32,000 nt of DNA from Haloquadratum walsbyi C23 (GCF_000237865.1 NC_017459.1:1200001-1232000); one strand, 5' to 3'; counted from the stretch's first letter, positions 9,511 through 18,996 are shown. A program made the numbers and translations. Notes: generated from the letters alone by a model not told the origin.

Positions 9511-10260
9511 TCAGCGAGCAATCAATGCCGCTTGTCCGCCAGCAACAAACCCGGCGTCGATATTGACGACCGTCAGGTAGGTACAAGACTGTAGCATTCC
9601 TAACAAAGCCGCTTCACCATCGCCAGCGTAACCGGAACCAGTGCCGACAGGAAGTCCGATAACGGGCGCTGAGACCATTCCAGCTACCACTGTTGCGAGT
9701 GCCCCCTCACGACCGGCGGCGACAATTACACAATCGCAGTCAGCCAGTGTCTCTCGTTCTGATAACAGCCGGTGGATACCCGAAACGCCGACATCATATA
9801 GTGTCTCAACAGCACAGCCCATCTCCTCACTCAGTGCAACTGCCTGCTCAGCGACAGTGATGTCTGATGTGCCGGCGGTCACGACACCGACGGTCCCATC
9901 ATGATCGGGTCGCTCAAAATCTGATGCATGACCAACGAATGTCCGAGAGCGCTCATAAAACTGTGTAGTGGCAGCGGTGTCGCTTAGCTCTTCTCGAACA
10001 GTATCAGAGACTCCAGTCACGATTGCCTGACCAGCCGTTGAGAGAAGTTCGCGTCCAATGTCGATAGTCTGTTGATCACTTTTGCGTTCTGCTTCGACAA
10101 CCTCGGGGATTCCAGTTCGCTCGCCTTGTCGAGCATCCACCCGTGCGAATTCATCTATTTGATGAACTCCTTTTACCCGACGTTTAGCCTCCTGAAGTTC
10201 AATCTCGTTTTTAGCTAATGCTTCGAGAACATCATTGACTGCGGTGTCATCATCAGTCAT
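9511..10260 (-). CDS. larB: LarB-like protein (PurE/NCAIR-mutase-related; pyridinium-3,5-biscarboxylic acid mononucleotide synthase family, COG1691)
   Basis: The C-terminal AIR-carboxylase/PurE-like fold shows GVVTAGTSDITVAEQA...VIVAAGREGALATVVAGMVSAPVIGLPVGTGSGY. A ~110-aa N-terminal extension contains RVDARQGERTGIPEVV, typical of LarB rather than PurE. It lies 9 bp downstream of the NaPRTase gene on the same strand. Confidence 0.82.
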   Translation of the reverse strand: MTDDDTAVNDVLEALAKNEIELQEAKRRVKGVHQIDEFARVDARQGERTGIPEVVEAERKSDQQTIDIGRELLSTAGQAIVTGVSDTVREELSDTAATTQFYERSRTFVGHASDFERPDHDGTVGVVTAGTSDITVAEQAVALSEEMGCAVETLYDVGVSGIHRLLSERETLADCDCVIVAAGREGALATVVAGMVSAPVIGLPVGTGSGYAGDGEAALLGMLQSCTYLTVVNIDAGFVAGGQAALIAR

Positions 10261-10269
10261 GTAATGATG

Positions 10270-11421
10270 TTATTTGTCACCGCCGGTATCAAAGACCCCG
10301 CGATTCCGGAGTGTGGGAATTGCCTCACGTGCTCGGTCAGCAGCCACGGCAATATCAAATGTTCGAACTTTCTCACCATCACGAATTAGTGGTTTCAAGA
10401 GTTTCTCTCCAGGAGCGGTTTCACCGGCTACAACAACTTTGTCATCATATCCGTCTCGATAGACGGTCTTCGCACCGGAACGGACACCACGCTTGGCTCG
10501 TGGCTCTCCCTCAACCGCCACAAGATTCAATGAAAAGTCAATGGGGTCAGCATCAGCAATCGCCCCACCAACACCAAATCCGTCAGCAACATCCCGAAGA
10601 CGGTTGATATCCCCAACGCCAATTCCTCCACTGACGAGTATATCGATATCGTCCGTTTCTCGTTGTTGCAACTCCCAGCGAACGTCTTCGATGATTGCCC
10701 GCATATCACCTCGACGTGAGCTTGTGGTGTCCAGACGAACTCCCTCTAACCGATCCTCAAGACAATCTATAGCGCGAGCACCCTCATCAGCCTCATCACC
10801 GAATGTGTCGCATAGTAATACCCTTGGCACCGACTCTTCAAGTGCTTCGTCGTACGCAGTCCAAGCCGCCTCAGGCGATCCTAACGCGACGACGAGGGCA
10901 TGGGGCATAGTGCCACCGGCTTCGACACCAATCACCTCACCACCGGCGACGTTCCCAATTCCATCTACACCACCTATGAGCGCAGAACGCTCGATCATCG
11001 CGCCCAATGCCGGATGTTGACGACGGGTCCCAAAGCTCAATACTGTCCGGTCATGAGCCGCCGCTCTTACCCTCCAGGCAGCAGAGGCAATTCCGGAAGC
11101 ATGAGCAAGAAATCCTAACAACGATGATTCATACCGTGCGAACATGCGGTACGGACCCTCAATACGTAATATGGGACCACCAGAGATTGGCGTCCCTTCG
11201 GGAGGTGCATATACATCAACAGGAAGTCCTTCCAGCAACTGAGCGGCATCATTAAGACCCGCGAGCAAGTGCCACCCCTCAGGCGCGGAAAGCTCTGCAG
11301 TGACTGTTGGGTTCTCATCAACGTGGTCGAGTATGGTTTCAGTGCGTAGAAAGTACGCCGCCGTCGCTTGACCGTCGTCAATCTCTGATTCGGTCAAAAT
11401 ATCATACTTCCGGTCGTCCAT
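10270..11421 (-). CDS. pncB: Nicotinate phosphoribosyltransferase, archaeal type
   Basis: It aligns by eye along its full length with the Thermoplasma-type NAPRTase pattern: ATAAYFLRT, EGLPVDVYAPPEGT, GFLAHASGIAS, SFGTRRQHP, GGTMPHAL, VRLDTTSSRRGD, VRWEL, ILVSGGI, FGVGG. I place the start at MDDRKYDIL (ATG 11421); the track ORF extends to 11484. Confidence 0.9.
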   Translation of the reverse strand: MDDRKYDILTESEIDDGQATAAYFLRTETILDHVDENPTVTAELSAPEGWHLLAGLNDAAQLLEGLPVDVYAPPEGTPISGGPILRIEGPYRMFARYESSLLGFLAHASGIASAAWRVRAAAHDRTVLSFGTRRQHPALGAMIERSALIGGVDGIGNVAGGEVIGVEAGGTMPHALVVALGSPEAAWTAYDEALEESVPRVLLCDTFGDEADEGARAIDCLEDRLEGVRLDTTSSRRGDMRAIIEDVRWELQQRETDDIDILVSGGIGVGDINRLRDVADGFGVGGAIADADPIDFSLNLVAVEGEPRAKRGVRSGAKTVYRDGYDDKVVVAGETAPGEKLLKPLIRDGEKVRTFDIAVAADRAREAIPTLRNRGVFDTGGDK

Positions 11422-11745
11422 CGAACGTGATTCGGCTAACATAGCAATAAGCGCTGGGAACCCTCGCTCATGACGTCCCCTCACCAGGATTTAATGAAAA
11501 GACTGACCCACTACACGGATTAGTGATGACAGAATCTGTATAGCAAATTCTTTTATGATTCGGCTCAAGCAAAGCATACTAACCATTGAATTGTATAACT
11601 TTCACATCATTGTCGCCGCAGTCAACAGCCACCATGGATGTAACCACAAAATCGCGCGGTTGTAGTCTTCTATTAAAAAACAAGGCGAATACCCCGAGGC
11701 GATTCACATTCTACCCGGAAGTAACAAATATCAATCATCCTTGCA

Positions 11746-13017
11746 TCAAGAGGATCCAGATTCGGTCCGCTCGCCGACGGTGATAGTAAATCCAATATTA
11801 CGAAGTCGCGTCGCCAGTGGCTCGCCAATGCCTGATGCAGGTGTCAGTATCCCACCAGACAGTGATGAGTTGGTCTCATTCCGGAGAAGACACAGTGCAC
11901 TCTCGGCAAGCATCCGTGCAGTCGAACCGTATCCAGGGTCCAACTTCGAGCTAAACTCAGCCTCGATGGTAAATGGATCATCTGTACCCGTGCCACGCCC
12001 GAGCGCACGGACGGTGAAGTAACCGTTCTCAATCTGTTTCTTCGTCGGTCCGTCTCCCGGGTCGGGGAACACAAACTGCCGGATTCCTGAACGAACAGTA
12101 TCAATAGACATTGCAGTTGTAAAGAGACCAATCCCACCGGCGACAATACTGGCACCGATTGCACCACCAATTCCAGAGCCGGTTGGAATGACCTCTGTAC
12201 AGCGGAACTCCCGACCCCAGGGATATCCGAGAAGTGCATTGCTCCGTCGGAGAACACGTTCATTGATTGGTGCCATCGGAGATGGTGCTGTCCACACTGA
12301 CCGTAATTGATCACTCCGTGGTAAGCGCTGTCCGCCTGCGTCAATTCCATCTCGCTCACCTGGTGGCGCAAGCGAGTATGGATCTTGAAGTGTTTGCCGA
12401 GTCACTGGATCATCAGAAGCAGCGTCAAATAACTCGGCGAAACTAGCCAATGTTCCACCGCTTACTCCTCCATTTCCTTCCTCAAGATATATTCGAACCA
12501 TCTCACAGTGAGTGTCAAAGTTTTCAATCGCAAATGACTGGACGAGTAATGTCCCGACATCCGCTGGTACAGAATCGAATCCACAACTGTGAATTATCCG
12601 CGTGTTAGCGTTGACTGCTGCATCGTGAAACCGATCAATCATCTCTCTCACCCAGTTTATTTCGCCGGTCAGATCACAGTACTCTGTCTGCGTCTCAATA
12701 CATGCCTCAACCAATGGGGTTCCGTACTTTGTGTATGGACCGACCGTCGTGCAGATCACCTGCGTGTCCTGTGTAATCTCACGGAGACTCTCTTGATCTG
12801 TTGCGTCGCCAATCACTGTTGGAATACTATCCCACCCCTTGTTCTGTGTGGTGAGTTCTGATACGATTGAATCAAGACGATCTGCACTTCGCCCACCAAG
12901 TGCCAGTGAAATCATATCCTGTGTATATTGCTCTGTGAGATACTCAGACACTAATTTTCCTGTAAACCCAGTTGCACCCCAAACGACGATATCGTACGGT
13001 CTATTTGTATTTGACAT
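11746..13017 (-). CDS. Saccharopine dehydrogenase-like NAD(P)-binding oxidoreductase family protein
   Basis: It has the N-terminal Rossmann motif YDIVVWGATGFTGKLVSEYL and length and architecture typical of the Sacchrp_dh_NADP family. The likely start is MSNTNRPYDIVV (ATG 13017); the track ORF starts at 13050. Confidence 0.85.
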   Translation of the reverse strand: MSNTNRPYDIVVWGATGFTGKLVSEYLTEQYTQDMISLALGGRSADRLDSIVSELTTQNKGWDSIPTVIGDATDQESLREITQDTQVICTTVGPYTKYGTPLVEACIETQTEYCDLTGEINWVREMIDRFHDAAVNANTRIIHSCGFDSVPADVGTLLVQSFAIENFDTHCEMVRIYLEEGNGGVSGGTLASFAELFDAASDDPVTRQTLQDPYSLAPPGERDGIDAGGQRLPRSDQLRSVWTAPSPMAPINERVLRRSNALLGYPWGREFRCTEVIPTGSGIGGAIGASIVAGGIGLFTTAMSIDTVRSGIRQFVFPDPGDGPTKKQIENGYFTVRALGRGTGTDDPFTIEAEFSSKLDPGYGSTARMLAESALCLLRNETNSSLSGGILTPASGIGEPLATRLRNIGFTITVGERTESGSS

Positions 13018-13305
13018 ATCAGTCGGATCTGAATCATATTTAGGCGTCACATAGCTAAGTTACCAGGATTCTGTTTTATCAATCCGAACAGTATTTTATT
13101 ATAGATATAGCGTGAATTATGCATCAAACCCAAGAAATAACTCATCAGGTTGTATTTCATATGTCTGGATATCCAAATTCTAGCGTTGAAATACACATAT
13201 CGGATGAGTTCTGACAGTGCCGCTCTTATCCAATGAGTTGGTTTCCCAGCTAGCGACTCAAGTACAATTTATTTTATATAAATTGGCTTATAAACTTGAT
13301 AAGAA

Positions 13306-16110
13306 CTATTTGTGATACTGCCAGAATCGTGTGATTGCACCTCCCAGGTCGGTATATTCGACCGGTGTGAATTCTCGCTGTTGCTGTGGTGAGAGATACC
13401 TACGGAGATTCGTGCTGTCACTCGTCCCATACCGCTCATCCGCCAGAATACGAACACCAGTCTCATTCACACCACGGATCACACGCCCCACAGACTGTCG
13501 AACCCTCCGTGTTGATGGAATTAGCCGAGCCGCCTCCTGACCACCTGTTTCAGTGATTGCTCGCTGATATGCAATCTCAACTGCATCCATCTCTGAACTT
13601 GGCGGAGCCAGTGGCACTCCGACTGATAGACATGTATGAAGCTTTTCACCGTCAAAATCAACACCTTCTGTGATTGTACCACGGAGGCTGGTGCAAAGAA
13701 TCGCATCTCCTGACTCGAAGAACTTAGATAACAACGTGTCGGTCTCGTCAGCTGTACTGGATTTATCAACAAAACAGCGCTTTTCGATTGACAATGTTCT
13801 AAGATATTCATATGCCCATGCAGCCTCGCTGTAACTCGGCATTGCAATGAGGATATTACCCTCCGTCCGTGCTACTTGTGCGATCACCTCGGCATACTGC
13901 TCGCGAATATCGGTCATTGCCTGATGATTAGTCTCTCGCTCACCACGATTGGCTTTCGTGAATTTCGGGAGGTCGACCACGACAGACAGTCGATTCTTCG
14001 GCGAGAAGCGAAGCGGAAATCGGTCGAATGTCGTTGGTCGGGTTTCGACATCCTCAGTCATTTCATCTGTAATCCCATTCATCCAAAGTGTCATTTCATC
14101 TTCCGTAGATTGCACCTTTGTGTCTAATTCACCAAGTTGTGGCACGGCATCAATACCAATCGATTCACGAAATGGCTCCTTTGGGCGAAGAGTTGCACTC
14201 ATCAATATCCCGCTCCCAAGTTCAGAGAACACTCTTCGCAATTCGCGCTTTGGAATACAATTAAATAATCGCAACTCCGGCGTCCAGTGTTCGACCCACG
14301 CTGGGAACTGGTCTGGAAATGACTCCTTTTGTGATGGAATAACGCGAACTTCCGGATGATATACCGCATGCGGAGCCTGTGCCCACTGTCGGAAGAACGC
14401 CCCTACCTCTTGACCCTGTGGTGTTCGGTTGAGAATCCCGTGCTCGGTGAATGCAGTAAATACCTTTTCTAATCGGCTCATGATTCGCTCCGCGCCTTGC
14501 ATTACCGACATTGAGATGGATTCGTCTCTCTCGAGATCTCTTGTCAACTGATCTCCCCAATTAAGATTATTCGGATCAACCAGTGATTTTATTTCCCGGC
14601 TTTGTGCTTCCGAATCCTCTTGCCCGAATCGATGTATCAGACCTACTGCATCAATTGTTTCGCTTGCGTCGATGAGTCTCTGCTTTGCAATATTCAATAG
14701 TTTCTCTACAGCTCGCAATTCCTCAACCTCAATCCCGCTCGTTCTCAACTTTGCTCCGTCTTCGACAATTTTCTGCGCTAGTTCCGCATCCTCACGAGGA
14801 AGATTTGGAGTCGGGCTGTCAACAATGCTGCCACTCGCATATTGACGGGCAATTCTAACATCGTTACGAGCTTTCATGAGGGTATACAGATCAACTGACG
14901 TGGAAAGATTATCTCGACTACGCTCCTCAAGTTGATGTGCTTCATCGATAATTGCAATTGTTCGCTCATTAAGCAACCCTAGTTTTCTATCAGTCAAATA
15001 CCGAGTTTCGGGATCAAGCAGGTGATTATAATTCCCGATAATAACATCTGCCTGCTGTGCAAGAATGCACATTAATTCATGAGGACAGCATCCACTCGCG
15101 ACCGTTGCCTCAAACAGTGTTTGTTTATCGATAACATGAGATGGAGCATCCGCAAACTCAACGATTGATTCCTGTAATCCTGCGAGTGTCGCCGCATAGA
15201 ATGGGTCAAATCGACCTTGTAGATCCGATGGTAATTGATTATAATTCGAGTCAAGCCGAGTTGAATCGACAATTTCTGAGGTATGCGGGACATGCTGTGG
15301 ATACGGGGTCTCAATACCATCAATACACAATTGTGCGTTACTTTCTGTATCTCGCGGCTCTAATTGTGCAACAATATGTCTGATAGCCTCCGCTCTGTTT
15401 GGATCATACTGATGATTTTCTTGCGCCTGTACCGCCCCCTCACTCGGGGTTGACCAATCATACTCAGCCATTGAGTACGCTGGGGGGCTAAGATTATCTG
15501 GCCAGTCAAGTGGAATATCACTATTGAATCGAATGACCTCTCTCGTAGTGGCACGAAGATCCTGGGTTGCTTCTTGAGTGTCTGTTTTTGGGAGCTCTGC
15601 GTTCCTGATCGCCATCATATCAGCTTGTCCTCGCAAGACGACCGTCTGTATCGGGTCCGTCTCCGCTGGAAGTGTTGCATTTATGCCACGTAATTCGGCA
15701 ATAAATTGTTGAAGCTGTTTCTTGACCGGCGTGACAGCTATTACTCGATCATACTCTGGAGCGGATGCATTTGTCGGTGACCGATCGTTCAATTGCTTAG
15801 GATTTCGGATTGCATGAATGCTCGCTGTTATCGCAGCGAGTGTCTTGCCAGTTCCACATGCACCCTCTTTCAGATAATAGCCCTGCTCTCCAAGAGTATC
15901 TAAAAATGACTCAATTGCAGCGCGTTGATCCGCATAGATTGTGTCATATCGAAAGTATGGTGTCCACCCTGCATCAATATCCGATACAGTATCCGTACAC
16001 ATTGTTTGACGCGTTGTCGACTCAGTGGGTTGACCAGCATCCGTTACTGGTAACTCCTCAAGTGAACGTGAACGTGGACATTGATCTGTGGATGAGTCCT
16101 GTGAGGACAT
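13306..16110 (-). CDS. XPD/Rad3/DinG-family superfamily-2 DNA helicase (934 aa)
   Basis: FRYDTIYADQRAAIE (XPD-type N-terminus), Walker A GACGTGKT, DEAH box IIDEAHQL, NYNHLLD, and C-terminal helicase_C_2 motifs LCTSLRGTITEGVDF and RQSVGRVIR. Four Cys residues lie between Walker A and DEAH, in the order C-x78-CC-x5-C. Confidence 0.9.
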   Translation of the reverse strand: MSSQDSSTDQCPRSRSLEELPVTDAGQPTESTTRQTMCTDTVSDIDAGWTPYFRYDTIYADQRAAIESFLDTLGEQGYYLKEGACGTGKTLAAITASIHAIRNPKQLNDRSPTNASAPEYDRVIAVTPVKKQLQQFIAELRGINATLPAETDPIQTVVLRGQADMMAIRNAELPKTDTQEATQDLRATTREVIRFNSDIPLDWPDNLSPPAYSMAEYDWSTPSEGAVQAQENHQYDPNRAEAIRHIVAQLEPRDTESNAQLCIDGIETPYPQHVPHTSEIVDSTRLDSNYNQLPSDLQGRFDPFYAATLAGLQESIVEFADAPSHVIDKQTLFEATVASGCCPHELMCILAQQADVIIGNYNHLLDPETRYLTDRKLGLLNERTIAIIDEAHQLEERSRDNLSTSVDLYTLMKARNDVRIARQYASGSIVDSPTPNLPREDAELAQKIVEDGAKLRTSGIEVEELRAVEKLLNIAKQRLIDASETIDAVGLIHRFGQEDSEAQSREIKSLVDPNNLNWGDQLTRDLERDESISMSVMQGAERIMSRLEKVFTAFTEHGILNRTPQGQEVGAFFRQWAQAPHAVYHPEVRVIPSQKESFPDQFPAWVEHWTPELRLFNCIPKRELRRVFSELGSGILMSATLRPKEPFRESIGIDAVPQLGELDTKVQSTEDEMTLWMNGITDEMTEDVETRPTTFDRFPLRFSPKNRLSVVVDLPKFTKANRGERETNHQAMTDIREQYAEVIAQVARTEGNILIAMPSYSEAAWAYEYLRTLSIEKRCFVDKSSTADETDTLLSKFFESGDAILCTSLRGTITEGVDFDGEKLHTCLSVGVPLAPPSSEMDAVEIAYQRAITETGGQEAARLIPSTRRVRQSVGRVIRGVNETGVRILADERYGTSDSTNLRRYLSPQQQREFTPVEYTDLGGAITRFWQYHK

Positions 16111-18112
16111 GATATATAGAACACACGTACTGAAGATATTGAACGTTCACGCTTGAATATGATATGTAGAAATACTCACTTAGTATTTAATATAACTAAA
16201 TATTTATTATTCTCTTGAATTTTAATAATTACGAGGCTAAGTCCTCTTCCTCAAGGAGTGAGTGAAACGAACGAGTAGGGAAGGGATACAGCCGTACACT
16301 ATCTTGCCAAGAAATGACTAGCATGCTTTTTAACACTAAATTGTGACGAGCAGTATTCATCAGACTGACTTAGAGCGGGATACTAACCACGGTCAGCTTG
16401 AGTTATCGTCGTCACTATTACGTAGGGCTGGGACAGTCCGACTCAGAACGTCTATGGAGACTGGTAGCACTGTGGGTACGCGTCATCCGGACGTACCACT
16501 TGCAAATACTGTCACAGAAACAGAAAGTCCGATGCAAGAGCACAGAAGCCCCACCCTCAACGGATCGATAGCGGAGTAGGGTAGGGTAACTCACTGACAA
16601 AACACTCCGCAGATAATAGTCGTCCGTACTCAATGTTACTATATCGCTCATCATTAAATACAGTATCAATTGCGAACTGTCTGACGAGCCCCGTGTCCAA
16701 ACTATATTGATATCTCAATTTATGGATTTGAATTTAAAATAACCTGATAATTGTATATACAATACCCCATTTTCCAAGTACATTTTTCTAATTGATAGGA
16801 TAAAAAAGAAATACCATAAAATATAGTGTTATATCATCGGAGTAGCCTTTTTTATTATAATCCTATCGATACTGATGCTTATTACCACTCAGCATGGGGA
16901 TGAGACTACAGAAAATAGAAATATGTAAAATAGTGTTATATTAGCTCTCATACTGCGATGAGATACCGTTAGCAGTTATTTTCATTCCATATGTGATTGC
17001 TATGGTTGATTACACCTAAGATACTAATCATATAACGAAAGTACATCAGTTATAACATTTTGATAAAATGTCTATCGATTCGATAGATAGCACAAATGTG
17101 AACACATAATCTCGATGCTGAGTTATGATTCAATGACATATACCTTTCTTATTGCATATTTGTATTTATATACTCCAATGTTCGTCAGCGTTGTGAGCTA
17201 ATATATCAACAAACGGCATCACCGTGCACTATATGCCGAAATATAGTATATATCACTACTCAATTGGATTCATATAATTACTTTTGGCGAAATGAATGTA
17301 TCTCGGATAATTACTGAATTATTGCCGGATTGACTTCATATTTCATCCCATATGAAGAGATACGGCGAAACCCACTCGAATAAACTCTACTGTCCCAGAT
17401 CTATCGTCAAGAAACAGTAGGAGAGTTCATATTCAGCGCTGCGGTATACCCCGTTTGGACGTTGGACGATGATAGTTTATGAATGCCTGATAACAAACGG
17501 TCCTGGCTTAGTCGTATGACTAGTGAACTGCCCTGACCTGCCGCGCTCGGGGCTATCCGCCCTCGCTTGTTGAGGACGGGGGCTTAGCACCTGTATTTAG
17601 CTAATTAGCTAGTGAAGCGCTTCTAGATCAAATCAAAGCCCCCCAGGAGTTTTTGACTATCCGACGGAACTTGCATCTAATGCAGACACGGAGGTTCTAG
17701 TCTCCACAAGCGTGGATTCATTATCTACCTAAACCCTCTTATATCGACGGCAAAGCGTCTGAGTCTCCTTATTTCCGGATACTAACTCAGACATGGTTAA
17801 TGCCATCATAATTTTTATTTGTTACTTATAGATTGATGATTTATTTCATACTGTATCGGAGTTAATCCTGAGGTCAAGCCTCGGGGCATTCTCCTTGATA
17901 TCCCGTAGTTTCAAAAATACCACTCATATCTAGAAGAAACATGAATTTTTATCAATCAAATTTAACCAGGGATTGAACCGACCAATTTGAGAGACTGTCA
18001 TCGTCTTTAGCTGAATACATTCATTCAGACATATACTGATATTGAATACAATGCATGGATGCATCGCAGTCTTGAACAGTAATACATGCGAGTTCACTGA
18101 ATTCATTATGTA

Positions 18113-18691
18113 TCATTCCAATCTATGCTTCCCGAGTGTGGCTCGGGCAGCGGTGATATCACGGAATCGTGATCCAGGAGAACAGCAATCGAGAATGTGT
18201 TCTAATGTCTTGAGTGTGATTGGTCGATAGTTGAGTAATTCGCTACTCACGTTGATTCGGCGGTCGTCATACGCAATAAACGGGAAATCTTCAGGATTAT
18301 CACAAACGTAGCCGTGTATTGCCCACTCATCCCAATCGGGAGGAATTGTTTCAGGTTGGTGCGTGCAATAAAATCGTCGCTCACCATGTTCTAGAATACA
18401 CGACTGTACCACTGGAAACGGGGCATCTGCAGCGTCTAAGCTGGTATCATGATCTCCACGGATGAGCATATCACCATCAAGATGATTAAAGAATGCAATC
18501 GTCTCACTTCCATCGCGCGTGTCCGTGGCGACATCACCAAGATGAATGATGGTATCATCTTCACCCACCGTCCGATAATATCGATTCAAGAGTACTCGAT
18601 TCATCTCAGTAATTGAGTCAAATGATCGGTCTGTGTCCTCGATGACCTGTAAACGCCCAAAGTGATGATCCGAAATAATATATCGACTCAT
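18113..18691 (-). CDS. Calcineurin-like metallophosphoesterase (COG4186-like small phosphoesterase)
   Basis: Metallophosphoesterase motif order: ISDHHFG (DxH), IHLGDV (GD), IRGDHD (GNHD variant), THQP and IHGY (GH). It is 192 aa. Confidence 0.8.
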   Translation of the reverse strand: MSRYIISDHHFGRLQVIEDTDRSFDSITEMNRVLLNRYYRTVGEDDTIIHLGDVATDTRDGSETIAFFNHLDGDMLIRGDHDTSLDAADAPFPVVQSCILEHGERRFYCTHQPETIPPDWDEWAIHGYVCDNPEDFPFIAYDDRRINVSSELLNYRPITLKTLEHILDCCSPGSRFRDITAARATLGKHRLE

Positions 18692-18783
18692 TTCATTACC
18701 TCATATGAATATAATGTCCTAGTAAGTAGACAGTATTTCTAATCTGACATCTCCTTAGTCCTACACGCTAGGGCTTCCGTTAA

Positions 18784-18996
18784 TCACTCATCAGCAAGCT
18801 GGTATGCTGGCGGGATATCATCGGTTGCTTCAATCATATCCGCCTCGACCTGTTCCTTGCAGACATCTCTGATAATTCCCGTCGTCATATCACGACTTCG
18901 CGTTGCAATGCGATGCTGGATTGCTGACGCCGATAGTGGCTCGTCAGCTGATTCGAGTATCTCGAGAACTCGATTTGTCGTCTCTGTATTTGGCAC
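18784..18996 (-). CDS. Small acidic protein, possible winged-helix DNA-binding protein
   Basis: 70-aa ORF with a GTG start, 92 bp upstream of and co-oriented with the phosphoesterase gene. NRVLEILESADEPLSASAIQHRI resembles helix1-helix2-recognition-helix wHTH spacing. Composition is acidic and halophile-like. The family call is weak. Confidence 0.5.
   Translation of the reverse strand: MPNTETTNRVLEILESADEPLSASAIQHRIATRSRDMTTGIIRDVCKEQVEADMIEATDDIPPAYQLADE

Noticed and set aside
16228-16669. RNase P RNA-like words (ggctaagtcc, cagaaagtcc, gcaagagcac, acagaagccccaccc) and stable hairpins (ggtacg-cgtcatccgga-cgtacc at ~16485..16507; gcggagt...actccgc at ~16571..16610). The mutually antisense ORFs 16343..16579 and 16418..16669 also lie here.
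   Set aside because: The order and spacing of the words do not fit the CR-I to CR-V layout of archaeal RNase P RNA, and no GGCUUA-type P4 partner is present. The two ORFs overlap each other antisense and have atypical composition. This is kept only as part of the non-coding-tract finding.
16111-18112. Replication origin hypothesis for the AT-rich tract.
   Set aside because: I could not find ORB-like elements (TTCCA...GGAAA with a G-string) in inverted arrangement. No orc1/cdc6 gene is adjacent.
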